A stretch of DNA of 64,000 nucleotides, from positions 704,001 to 768,000 of the forward strand of contig CP000068.1 of assembly GCA_000002445.1 (NCBI GenBank), in the 5' to 3' direction. This document shows positions 42,213-52,712 of the stretch, piece after piece (the stretch's first letter is position 1; each line of letters starts with the position of its first letter). The notes below the pieces were generated by a model, which saw nothing but the letters and a program-made list of their open reading frames with translations, was not told the DNA's origin and searched no databases. Position numbers and translations under genes: made by a program. Source of the DNA: Trypanosoma brucei. Lineage: Eukaryota.

Positions 42213-43715
42213 ATGGAAAGAGGGGGAAAAATTGCGGCTATATTTGTCGGTCATTTCGTGTCGCGCCGTCATAAGGTTTTTTTATTTCTATTTTCCCTCT
42301 TATTTTTCTTCACGTCCGTTATGTTGTTGTCCAGTTGCTTCCTTCTTAGCACTCCCAGCTTTTTTTCTACTGGGACTTCGGAGGGAAGTTCCATATCGCG
42401 GGGAATTGTGTCGTTTTCCTCAGGCGAGCTTCCGTCTTCCAATGTTGCAGCGGATACTGCTACCATTTTTGTTTCACTTGCTTCATTTCGTGATAGCGAG
42501 TGCGTGACAACGCTGGACCGTCTTTTCAGTGCGGCAAAAAATCCACACCGCGTGTTTGTTGGTATCAGCGAGGAGCGATTTGGGAGTGAAAGCGGCTGTA
42601 CCAACTCTCCTACACTTTTAGGGTTCGTTGGAAGTCAGCGTGATTTTAATATTCGTTGGCGTGACGTTGTGCCCCGTGCATTTGATGAGGCGACATCAGA
42701 TGAGTTCCGACCACCTCCGACAACTCCGCTACTACACGCAAGACGTGAGAACGACGTTCTCACATGTTTCCTCAAACCCAAAATTTCGCGACCGAGTCCG
42801 TTACCGCAAGGCAAAGAGCTTTTGCGCAACTGTCAGGTCGTCACACGTGTCGGTGATCCGGATGATGCACGGGGCCCCACCTACGCACGGTACATCACTA
42901 GCCTTTTTTACGTAGATCAGGATTATTATATGGTCATTGACAGTCACATCAGAGCGCTTTTGGAGTGGGACGAGAAGATGATTAAACACGCTCGGCTTAT
43001 GCCAACTCGGGGAGTTTTGTCGCATTACCCTAACGGCTACACTCCGCAGAATCCAGACAAGGAAGTTAATTACACTCATGTGATGGCCATGTGCAAGGCT
43101 GTCATTCCTCCCACCAACATCCCAAAGCTTGGGGCTCGATGGATTTTGAAAAGACAGCGTCCACTTCTTCAATCACTTGTGGCCGCAGGCTATATCTTTG
43201 GTGATGCTCAGTTTGTGAAGGATGTACCATTTGACCCCTATCTCCCCTACTTATTTGAGGGGGAGGAAATGCTGTACACTGCACGACTCTGGACAAATGG
43301 GTGGGACAGCTACTGCCCGGGAGATTCATTTGTCTTCCACAACTATGAACGAGCGTCCGCGCCAAGGTTTTGGTCCGCAATATACAAGAGCAACCAGAGC
43401 GAAAGCCGGAAGCGGCAGGAAAAAATTGGGGTTCTTCGCGCACTTTACTTAATGGAAAGGAAGGAGCTGAACACAACAGTACCGCTTGTTTCGCGTGACG
43501 TAGCGCAGATCGTGTGTCCCGCCATCAGTATCGAGGAGGGCCGCTTTGGCATGGGAACCGTAAGGCCACTTGACGCTTTCTGGGAATTCGCTGAGCTTAC
43601 CGATGCGTTCTTGAAGGAGAAGGACGACGAAGGGCGGTGGATGGGTGGTGAGGGGTTGTGTCACCAGTTGGAGGCGCTTAGTGCCTCCATCAAACATATG
43701 GCTTCTGAAGATTAG
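42213..43715 (+). CDS. type-II membrane glycosyltransferase, GT60-like (UDP-GlcNAc:polypeptide alpha-GlcNAc-transferase family)
   Basis: There is an N-terminal signal-anchor (VFLFLFSLLFFFTSVMLLSSCFLL) followed by a luminal globular domain. The DxH-type motif MVIDSHIRALLEW matches the DxH variant of DxD seen in Dictyostelium Gnt1 and T. cruzi OGNT-type enzymes. Family assignment is from memory of those sequences. Confidence 0.55.
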   Translation: MERGGKIAAIFVGHFVSRRHKVFLFLFSLLFFFTSVMLLSSCFLLSTPSFFSTGTSEGSSISRGIVSFSSGELPSSNVAADTATIFVSLASFRDSECVTTLDRLFSAAKNPHRVFVGISEERFGSESGCTNSPTLLGFVGSQRDFNIRWRDVVPRAFDEATSDEFRPPPTTPLLHARRENDVLTCFLKPKISRPSPLPQGKELLRNCQVVTRVGDPDDARGPTYARYITSLFYVDQDYYMVIDSHIRALLEWDEKMIKHARLMPTRGVLSHYPNGYTPQNPDKEVNYTHVMAMCKAVIPPTNIPKLGARWILKRQRPLLQSLVAAGYIFGDAQFVKDVPFDPYLPYLFEGEEMLYTARLWTNGWDSYCPGDSFVFHNYERASAPRFWSAIYKSNQSESRKRQEKIGVLRALYLMERKELNTTVPLVSRDVAQIVCPAISIEEGRFGMGTVRPLDAFWEFAELTDAFLKEKDDEGRWMGGEGLCHQLEALSASIKHMASED

Positions 43716-45007
43716 GCTCTCCCGCCTCCTCATGTACATGATTGTGGTGAGTTGAGGAGTGAAAATCCAAAATACGAAATTAGTGCAAATTCCATTATAT
43801 TCTGTTTTTTTTTTCTGTTGTTGTTCTTGTGTGTGTGTGTGGAGGCAGCAAAAATAAGGTAGCGAGGTTGAGAAGGCAAATGATGTTACTGACGAAATTC
43901 AATTGGTCGCGTTTATTTGGACTTTGGCAACCTCGACTTTCTCTTCTTATAAGTTTTGTTGGCGTCTACATTTTATTTCTACAGTGCCGGTTGCAGAAAC
44001 TTGCTCATTATTTTCCTTCCATCTTATTTTTCTTTTTCGTGTGTACATATTTTTACAAAACTGTATTCCACGCCGTTTTCGGTGCCATTTATTCTTTCGA
44101 TTCCGTGTACTTCCTCCTAGGTGGCAAAGCATCTTTTTTTTTGTTCGTGTCATTGTTAAAATAATGATAATAGTTATTATTATTATTATATATATTTTTT
44201 GTGTGCGTGTGGACACTAGTGGATGGCTGTAACCCTTCCTTTATGTTTTCTTGAATCCTTTCTTTTTAATTCTCTATTGTTGTTTGTTTCACCGCATGAT
44301 TTTACCTGGTGAGCGCCAGCCATTGGCGGTGGGTTCCTTTTTTTTCTTTGTTGTACTTGAGAAGGTACCTGTTTGGTTATTGCAAAGTCGTTACTGACAT
44401 CGATGGGGGGACCACTGGGAAGCAATGGGATGCGGAAGCAGATGAAGGAGAGTTTCATCTGCACTTTTTCAAGTAGTTATATTGCAGAGTGCCTTTGTTT
44501 ATATTTATTTACCTATTGTTTGTTTGTTTTTGTAGAAACAAAACCTCTTCTTCCTCTCTAGCACACGGTAGTGTTCGCTTTGTCAGTGAATGAGGAAAAT
44601 TCCCCTAGTCATGTGAGTTTATAACAGCGCATATATATTTTTTTCATTATTTTACACAAGTTCATACACAAAAGTATCATCTATCTATATTTGTTTATGT
44701 CCGTTTGTCTACCCATCGCACGAAACAGCTCTGTAAGTTATGCTATAATGTTACGGTGGCCGTAAGCTGTCGGGTTGTCGGACAACTTGAAAAATTCCTT
44801 TTTTTGTTAACCGTATATGCTTTTATCAATCCTTCTATATATGTATTAGATTCTTTACTGTTACTCGTTGGAAGGACTACAATAGGCAAGTGAGCGAAGC
44901 AGAGAGAGAGGGAGAAGGAGGAGGATACTGACTGAAATCACTGAGGAAAGGGGAATTACTTGCGACTGATTAGGTGAAACACCAATAACACCCACCTGCA
45001 ACGAGCA

Positions 45008-47269
45008 ATGGAGAGAAATACTCCTCGTTACCAGCATCCTCCTTACCGAGGGAGGGCTAGTGTACACTACGGGCAAACGCGACCAACACAGCGGGCACCG
45101 CCGCCACCCGCAAGGGGCAATGAACCAACCAACCTGGGAGCTGCGGCGGAGTGTTACGGAGTGATGACGCGATACGGTGCTGTACAACACGGAACCCACG
45201 CCTCAGGCGGCCCATCACAACTCGGACAGCAGCTGCGAAGGGAGGGTAACTCCATGCGCTTTAATGACATCGGTGCGAGATTCACCAGAAGTGGGTCAAA
45301 CGGCGGTTCTTACGGCGGAGGGTCCGGATATGGCTCTTCTGTGTCGCATAATCCCCCAAGTTTACGTAGGCAAAGCAGTGGGCTTCTATCACGCGACAAC
45401 TCACTTTGTGGTCACCTATCCGCTGAAGATGTTGGGTATGGTACTCTTTATCGTCCCAGAAGCTTCTCAAGGGGTTCGCGGTACGGTATGCGCTCATCGT
45501 CCCAACAAGGAAGCCTTCGTTCTCACAGTGGCGCCGGTGGAGGAGGAAGTTTTGTCAAGAGAAGTAGCTTTCGAAGTAGCCCGAGTCGCTACCCTTGTGG
45601 TTCGTTTCACTGGACTCCTGATGGTCCCGCGTCAGCATCGAACAGTGGTGGTAGTTTTTACGGTACGCGTCGCAGGACCTCTGGCGCAGGCGTTTCCAGT
45701 GTCCCTAACCCTGCCCGTTGCGTATACGATATGGGGGGAGCAGTCAGTCGCCGTGGCTCCTTATTGGCCGGTCAGAGTGGCACAACGCCGAGAGAAGGAG
45801 CCTGTTATGGAATCAATCGGAAGAACAGTATGCGGTTATCGCGTACTAATTCTTGTATGAACGGCTTCTACAGTTATGGCGCCAACGCGTTGGCCTCAAG
45901 ACGGGAAATGGGTGGGTATGGCAGCCTTCCTCGGAGCCGCCTGGCGGGGAGGCCTACAGCTCCACCTAATTGGCCAGGTGTCCCAACAAACGTTTCACGC
46001 AACCTGAACCCAATGGGTACAAGACAACCGCAACGTCCGTTAAATGAACCCATCGTACCAGACGATGCTGAAAAGGATGTTCCTGGTCAACTGGTACGGT
46101 GTAACAGTGAAAAGAAAATCGGTATCTATTTCAAGGACGTACAACCGACGGAGGAGGGGGAGTACAAACAAGGCGACGCGGCGAGTGGACGGAAGTCAAA
46201 GGCCTCCATGTCGTCGTCTGCCGTAACGAATATTCGCACCATTGTACTTCTTGAAGGGGAAGCTGAGGATTCAATTCATGTTGATGGGACGACCATGACG
46301 TTACTTAAGCCGAACAGTGATGAACCGGTAAGGTTTGAAACCAAGGAAATTGTTTATTACGACCCAAACGATTCTAACATCTACATGGACTCTACAGAAG
46401 AGCTCTGTGACACATTCCTCTTGGGTTGTAATATCAGCCTCGTGATGGCCGACGCTCAGTGCCCTGCACAGCAACCTACGCAATGGCATTCATGGAATGT
46501 TCTCAGGCGGTTGATGAGAGATGTATTTGCGCGAATGCCCGACCGCGCGGAGTTGAGGTTATCAATTTCATTGATGGACGATGATAAAGTGATGGATTTA
46601 CTAGTGCCCGATCCGCAGTTTGTTAACCTCACCGTCTCCTACTCTCCGTTGTTCGGAAACGTACCCCATGGAATGACATTTGAGGTACTGGACAGTGCGT
46701 CGGAGTTTGGAGGCCTCTTAAAAGTGGCACTCTCAAGGGCTGTTGGTCAAGACAGTGGCGAGTTTGGAATAATTCTTGTGGTGGCAATATTAAAACAAGT
46801 TCGTAAAAACCCCTCAAATCCCAAAGATGAAGAAGATGTTATCCTATCCTCTTTGTTTGCTACGGGGGTGGGTGACGGTGTCGTCCACTACAGTCGTATC
46901 CTTGACAAAAACCCTGCCGAACCACGTGCCATGTTCCAGTTTGCTGTGGGTGGTCCATCCCAAACGGCTGCTGTCGTCTCCATGGCGGACGATCCCAAAA
47001 ACTTAGTGAAAAATCACCAGTTCATGACTACTCTTCAACGACTTGGGAAAATTGAAAATTACACTCTGCGTTTAGGTTCGGTTCGTCGGTTTGTTTCCTA
47101 CACGAAGGAGTCGCTGCCGAAGACGCGGATCCACCTCCAGAACCTGCCGGAAGGACCGGAGAAAGAGGCTCTTAAGCGGTCAGTGACGCGGTACGAGAAG
47201 ATGTTGGCTGACGCTGAGGCCATGCTTGAGTCACCGGACTGCGCAGCTCCGAAGACATATGTGCGTTAA
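45008..47269 (+). CDS. kinesin-like protein with degenerate (catalytically dead) motor domain; RG/SG-rich low-complexity N-terminus
   Basis: The C-terminal half aligns block-wise to the kinesin motor: IYMDSTEELCDTFLLGCNISLVMADAQCPAQQPT versus VY..LEGYNGTIFAYGQTSSGKT, with the P-loop lost; LRLSISLMDDDKVMDLL versus SYFEIYLDKIRDLL; and VGGPSQTAAVVSMADDPKNLVKNHQFMTTLQRLGKIEN versus LGGNCRTTIVICCSP...ETKSTLLFGQRAKTIKN. The SSRSH and DLAGSE switch motifs are absent. The N-terminal 350 aa or so is RG/SYGGG-rich. Confidence 0.55.
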   Translation: MERNTPRYQHPPYRGRASVHYGQTRPTQRAPPPPARGNEPTNLGAAAECYGVMTRYGAVQHGTHASGGPSQLGQQLRREGNSMRFNDIGARFTRSGSNGGSYGGGSGYGSSVSHNPPSLRRQSSGLLSRDNSLCGHLSAEDVGYGTLYRPRSFSRGSRYGMRSSSQQGSLRSHSGAGGGGSFVKRSSFRSSPSRYPCGSFHWTPDGPASASNSGGSFYGTRRRTSGAGVSSVPNPARCVYDMGGAVSRRGSLLAGQSGTTPREGACYGINRKNSMRLSRTNSCMNGFYSYGANALASRREMGGYGSLPRSRLAGRPTAPPNWPGVPTNVSRNLNPMGTRQPQRPLNEPIVPDDAEKDVPGQLVRCNSEKKIGIYFKDVQPTEEGEYKQGDAASGRKSKASMSSSAVTNIRTIVLLEGEAEDSIHVDGTTMTLLKPNSDEPVRFETKEIVYYDPNDSNIYMDSTEELCDTFLLGCNISLVMADAQCPAQQPTQWHSWNVLRRLMRDVFARMPDRAELRLSISLMDDDKVMDLLVPDPQFVNLTVSYSPLFGNVPHGMTFEVLDSASEFGGLLKVALSRAVGQDSGEFGIILVVAILKQVRKNPSNPKDEEDVILSSLFATGVGDGVVHYSRILDKNPAEPRAMFQFAVGGPSQTAAVVSMADDPKNLVKNHQFMTTLQRLGKIENYTLRLGSVRRFVSYTKESLPKTRIHLQNLPEGPEKEALKRSVTRYEKMLADAEAMLESPDCAAPKTYVR

Positions 47270-48152
47270 GAGGCACAGTTAGTATGTTTGCATCGTCTAA
47301 ACTTATCCTTTCTTTGTTTATGTGTTAAGTTGCACTTTACTCAAACTCTCCAGATATATTTACATACGAGTGTGCGTTTCTCCGGTTGTTTATTGTATCA
47401 GAGGGCCACTTTTTAAAAATTTCTCAGATAGCGGACGCATTTCTATTCAACGGTTAACATCCTTTTGTTTACCCTTTCATTATATATTTATTTGTTTTTA
47501 TTTTCTTTATATGATAAAGTATGTGTTTATATATAATAATGGGAGTGGACCTTAAGAGGCCGTTCCACCTTTCCTGAAGTTAACTTAAGTGCGAGGAGGA
47601 GGAGGAGAAGTCCGATTGGTGCCTTAACTTTTCATTGTTACTTATCTATTAAGTTGTTACACACTTCTTAAAATGAGGATGATGACTATCACCTCATTTT
47701 ATTTGTTTGTAATAACCGGTGATGGGAACACTAAAAGTGCATCAAACAGCAGCAAGAAAGGGCTTTTACCTGTGTGATTGGATGGATGAAAGGAACATCT
47801 TTTTTTTTTTTTTTGGGGGGGGGAGGTGGTGATGGGAAGTAGAAGTGACAGACGCATTTATTTATTTATTTTTTATTTCGTGTGTTTCGGCAACATTTAC
47901 TCGGAAATAGATTGTTTCGAATCACTTTCCGCCTTTGCTCACATCTTGTTTTAAGTAAATGTGACACTAACCCGCGTTGTTTTGTCTATTGGCTCGTATA
48001 TTTGTGTTTGTGATTTTTTCCGGTTTATCCTTATGCTTGTTATCCGTAGTGGGTGCTGCGCCCTAAATTTTTAATTTCCGTTTCACAACCTTGTTACCTT
48101 TTCCCCCAGTTCTAATTTACACTTCCGCCTTTCTCATGAATCCCTGTCGTCT

Positions 48153-48177
48153 ATATATATATATATATATATATATA
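48153..48177. repeat. (TA)n microsatellite
   Basis: tatatatatatatatatatatatata. Similar runs occur at 49850-49876, 60804-60825, 63154-63177 and 1615-1632. Confidence 0.9.
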
Positions 48178-49677
48178 ACACCGTTTTATTTTGTTCTTAT
48201 TTGCTGGGAATTTCACGTAAATAGCAACACAGTGTGAGCCATATTTGTTTTCCTCTGTATACTTACCTTTTTCTCCCCCTCCCAGATATTTACATCTCTA
48301 CTTATCATCATTTTCTTTGCTGTATTTTGTCATTGCTCAATGCGGGTGTTTTTTTTTTTTGCTTTTAGGGAGTATCTTCCGTCAGATCCTTTATTGTGTT
48401 GTTACCCTTTTCACCCTCTACTCCCTTCACATTATTTTTTTTTTATTATCAAAAATAATAATAATAATAATAATTACCATTATTATTATTATTGTTGTTT
48501 TATTGATTCTTCATTCCCGTTACTAGCGCTTATAATGTTATTGTTGTTTTTGTTTGTTAGTGTCTTTGTGATGATGCACTTACATGTAGGTGAACAAAGC
48601 GTCTGTGTATGGGCGGGAGGGAAATGTTCAATGTATTTTTGAGTATTTTTTTCCTTTTGCCAGTTTCCCACCTGTTAGTTTAGTTCGCTAATTCTGTTTT
48701 TTTTTTTTTGCACCTAATAGTACAGCATAAAGAAAGAACCTCTCAATGTCTGTACGTTTGAGTGTTTGTAAGTGTCCGTTCATCCCTTTATCTCTTCTTC
48801 CTTTTTATGCAATGGGTGTGCGAGTAGGCAGATAAATAAATAAATATATATATATATATTATATGCAGGAAAAAAAAACAATAACAATAATAATAATAAT
48901 AAAGAAGGGAATATATGGGATATGGGATGAAAAGAAAGAAAGAAAGAAAGGGAGAAATAATGAGAAAGAGATAGATGGTAAGAGTGAGAGGGAGTGACAT
49001 TTTATTGTGGCGTCACTTGATATAATAAAGGGAAAAGTACGTAAGAGGTAAAAGGGAGTAATATATTATTGTGCATGAAAGTGAAGGTCAAGAGATAAAA
49101 AAGCAATTTGCAGAATAATTCACGCGCATTAAAAAAAAAAAAACGCAATGAGACGTTGAGTTTCTGTTTCTGTTTTTATGTGCGTTCCAACGGATTCATT
49201 CGTTTCGCCTATTTGGTTCTTTTTTTTTTTATAGATTTAACAACTTCGTGTCCTTTGTGTGCATCTGCTCTTTTTTTTTTAAATGTCTTTTCTATTTTTC
49301 CCCCGTCTTTCCTTTCGCTCTCTTCGCATGTTTCTTCTTATTTCAGCACCCCATTTTCGTTGGTACTCGTGTTTTGACGGTGGGAAAAGTTTTACTTAAT
49401 TTTCCGTACGTGTTTTGTTATTTGCGGGTGTTTTGCAGCTCGTTTCCATATTTCAGAGTACAAATTCGTTCTTATCGTTAATATTAAACAAAAAGAAAAA
49501 TTCCTTTCTCTTTTAGTGGACTGAAGTTGTCGTCATTGTTAAATCTCGTTTTCTTTATTAAAATTGTTACGCGCGGTCCTTCTCTTACCTTTCCCAACTC
49601 CATTTCCTTTTCTCTTATTTTTTTTAAATTGTAATTTCCATTCACTCTATACTTATTATTGAATTGTTGGCGCGCTA

Positions 49678-49740
49678 TGATTTATTATTATTATTATGAT
49701 TTATTATTATTATTATGATTTATTATTATTATTATTATTG
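49678..49740. repeat. 19-bp tandem repeat (tgatttattattattatta) x about 3
   Basis: Direct reading shows the unit recurring at 49678, 49697 and 49716, then decaying into (tta)n. Confidence 0.8.
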
Positions 49741-50906
49741 CTACTACCTTTTCTCTATAGAAGAGGGACAAATATTTTGTTACTTTATGTTATGTTTGTC
49801 CATTTGTCCGCTTCGCGCGTTTGCATTGTTTGAATGAATGATATAAAAGTTATATATATATATATATATATATATGAAATGGGAGCTAGTGGAATAAAGC
49901 AAAATAAGGAAGATGTTTTTTCCTTGGGGGAGAAAAGACGTTGTAGTCGTGTTTTTGTTCTAATATGTTTATTTCCCCCCCTTTCCACTCCCTTTTTTCT
50001 TCACTGTTTTACCCTTTAATCTATTTCCCCCTTCTTTCTTCGGAATATATATATATTATACCAATTATAAGTGAACGAAACGATTTTCCATCATCATTTC
50101 TTCTCCTCTTGTCATTTTTATGTTATTCCTTATCATTGGCATCGGTTACTTTATTATTTCTTCTTTTTTCCTTGTATGATTTACTTCCACCGTTTCTATT
50201 TACATCATTGATCGATCCATCTTTTTTTTTTTTTTACTTTCCTTCCTAATCCCAAGCATTCTCGATAGATTTTTTTTTTTCGTTAATACGGTATGCAGGT
50301 AAGCAACCGAATACCAGTGTGCATTTTTGGGCATGTCTGAGCAAAGTTTCCTCTCTTTTTTTCTTTTTGTATATGTTTATGGAAATGTATTCGGTGGAAT
50401 GTGAGCCTGCGGTACGATAAGAAAAGGTAAAAAGAAAAAAAGGCAGCAAAGGAACTGAAAGGAGGAAAACAGTATTAAAGTAAAAAAAAAAAGAAGTATC
50501 AAAGAAAACGGTGAGAACCATTTAAGATAAAGAAAAAAAATAGAAATGGATGAATTACGCGAAGGACAGGCGCGAGGTCAGACGAATGATGTGAGCCAAT
50601 GCGTTTATGTGTTACGGCTTTCCCCTAGCCCTTCTCATCTTTTCAAAGCAAAAATCATGAACAACGAAGGAGGAATATGGATGCGTATTGTTCGTACTAT
50701 TATCATGATGATGATGATGATTATTATTATTATTGTTGTTGTGGTTGTGGTTGTTTTCATTATTTGTTTGATTCTCTTTGCATTTCTCCTCTGTTTGTCT
50801 ACGCAAATAACCGAATAAAAAGGTACGGGATCGGTTGTATGGTTAGGACTGGAATAAAAGCAGGAACACAAAGGGGTTTTGAAGAATAGAAAAAGGAAGT
50901 AAAAAG

Positions 50907-52112
50907 ATGTCTCAAGCTGATAATGCTGAGCTAAAAAGCAAAGATGCACGTACATTTGCCGTGAATTTCGCTGAAGTGGGAATATGTCCAAAGAGTGGAG
51001 TACCGATTCGACTCTGTTACCAAACCTTTGGTGAGCCCGCAGCCCCAAACGGCGCTGTTCTTCTTATTATGGGATTAGCATTATCACAACAACTGTGGGA
51101 TGTAAAATTTTGCATGCGTTTAGCTTCATGTGGTTACTACGTTATCCGTTTTGACAATCGAGATATTGGTAAGAGCACAATTTTGGTAGGTAGAAAAGTT
51201 CTCCCTTCCGGAACTACTGAAAGTTCGGATGAGGGTGATATTTGGGAAGATAGCAACTTTTTATCGCACAGCCCTCCAGAAGGAGGTGCTGATGGAAGTA
51301 AAAGCTGTATGTACATTCAGTTGGCACACGCAGGCATTGCAGCTAATGGCCATCGTAAGTTTCAGGAGGTGTATTCCCTTGAGGATATGGCGAAGGATAG
51401 CGTAGGGTTGTTAGATGTATTGAAGATTTCTAGGGCTCACATTGTTGGCATGTGTATGGGTGGGATGATCGCACAAATTATTGCTATTCAATACCCGAAT
51501 CGTGTTGAAAGTCTCTCTCTGATTTCCACACACAGCAGCTCACCTTTATTATCATCTCCATCTCTGCGCGTGATGATCGGAGTCGCTACATTTGCTATCC
51601 GTTGCGTTCGAAAAGGCGTTGCAATCCCATTATCAGATTCTATGGCGGAAAAGCAGGGGCGTAAGCCACTGACATCAAGGGAAAAGGATGACCTCGCACA
51701 GGTTCTTGCACAGTTTGTCACATCCTTTGCTGGCGGCAAAGAATCGGCATTTCCTATCGATCACAAAGCGTTACTGCGGCAGACGCGCCGCATTGTGCAT
51801 TGGAGCGAAGATTTCAGCGGATTCGCCCGTCAGTACGTTGCAATGATTAAGGCCCCATGTCGCGTATCTCAACTGAGAGGTCTTAGCGTTCCTTGTGTTG
51901 TTATTCACGGGACAGATGATTTATTAGTACCTTATCGAAACGGAAAGAAGCTTGCCGATGTCATTCCTGGTTCGAAATTAGTTGGTATTGAAGGACTAGG
52001 ACACATACTGCACCCCCTCTCCCGCGAGCGAATAATCGGTGCCCTGGTGGAAAACATGGGTCAATCAACAAACGCTCTTTCCCGTAGTGGTGCCGTTGCG
52101 GCCAAACTTTGA
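50907..52112 (+). CDS. alpha/beta-hydrolase fold protein (paralogue A; Cys at nucleophile position)
   Basis: The nucleophile elbow is HIVGMCMGGMIAQ (GxCxG instead of GxSxG). The acid and His motifs VVIHGTDDLLVPY and GLGHILHP are present. There is an insertion of about 85 aa relative to the downstream paralogue. The motif YVIRFDNRDIGKST is shared with the neighbouring gene. Confidence 0.7.
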   Translation: MSQADNAELKSKDARTFAVNFAEVGICPKSGVPIRLCYQTFGEPAAPNGAVLLIMGLALSQQLWDVKFCMRLASCGYYVIRFDNRDIGKSTILVGRKVLPSGTTESSDEGDIWEDSNFLSHSPPEGGADGSKSCMYIQLAHAGIAANGHRKFQEVYSLEDMAKDSVGLLDVLKISRAHIVGMCMGGMIAQIIAIQYPNRVESLSLISTHSSSPLLSSPSLRVMIGVATFAIRCVRKGVAIPLSDSMAEKQGRKPLTSREKDDLAQVLAQFVTSFAGGKESAFPIDHKALLRQTRRIVHWSEDFSGFARQYVAMIKAPCRVSQLRGLSVPCVVIHGTDDLLVPYRNGKKLADVIPGSKLVGIEGLGHILHPLSRERIIGALVENMGQSTNALSRSGAVAAKL

Positions 52113-52712
52113 ACCAACTTAGCGTTACTCATAACTAGCGGTTGTATGCAGTTCACCACTCCTCTTCCCCTTCCGTTTCCTGAAGTTATTAGTGTGGGGA
52201 GGAGGTCCCAAGTTATATGCACGACGGCAGACGGTTGAGCGCATAAATGACATGGTAAGCGTGTGAAATCAACAGAAACGATGAAGTGTGTGTGTGTGGA
52301 GGATACTCGTATGTCAACTCCGTCTAGACTAGGGAGTCTTAGTTATGTCGCATGCTCCCCTGTTTAAACTTCTGTATTTTTTTTGTTTTTTTGGTGCCAA
52401 AGCTATGTGGGGCGTGACCGCGTCGACATTAATGCATTCAGGTACCGCACATTTACTAAATAACTCTGAGTTCTTGACCATAGTTGCCACAGATTCCCTT
52501 ATACTTTAGTTTGTTCACAGAACTCTCTTTTGTTGTTTAATATTGCGTCGGATCTTGTATTATTACCTTCTTCGCTTTCAGCTATTAAATAGTTCATTTC
52601 TGCACACACTAACCAAAAGTTAACGGAATCAAACTTTTGGGTACTGTTTTACGGCCTTGAATTGGTTGATGAATAGTGAAGAATACTGGTACATGAGTTG
52701 CACAAACGAGAG

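Noticed and set aside
45177-45860. 227-aa + strand ORF in an alternative frame
   Set aside because: It is fully nested in the 45008-47269 CDS in another frame, and the host frame has the conserved kinesin-like blocks.
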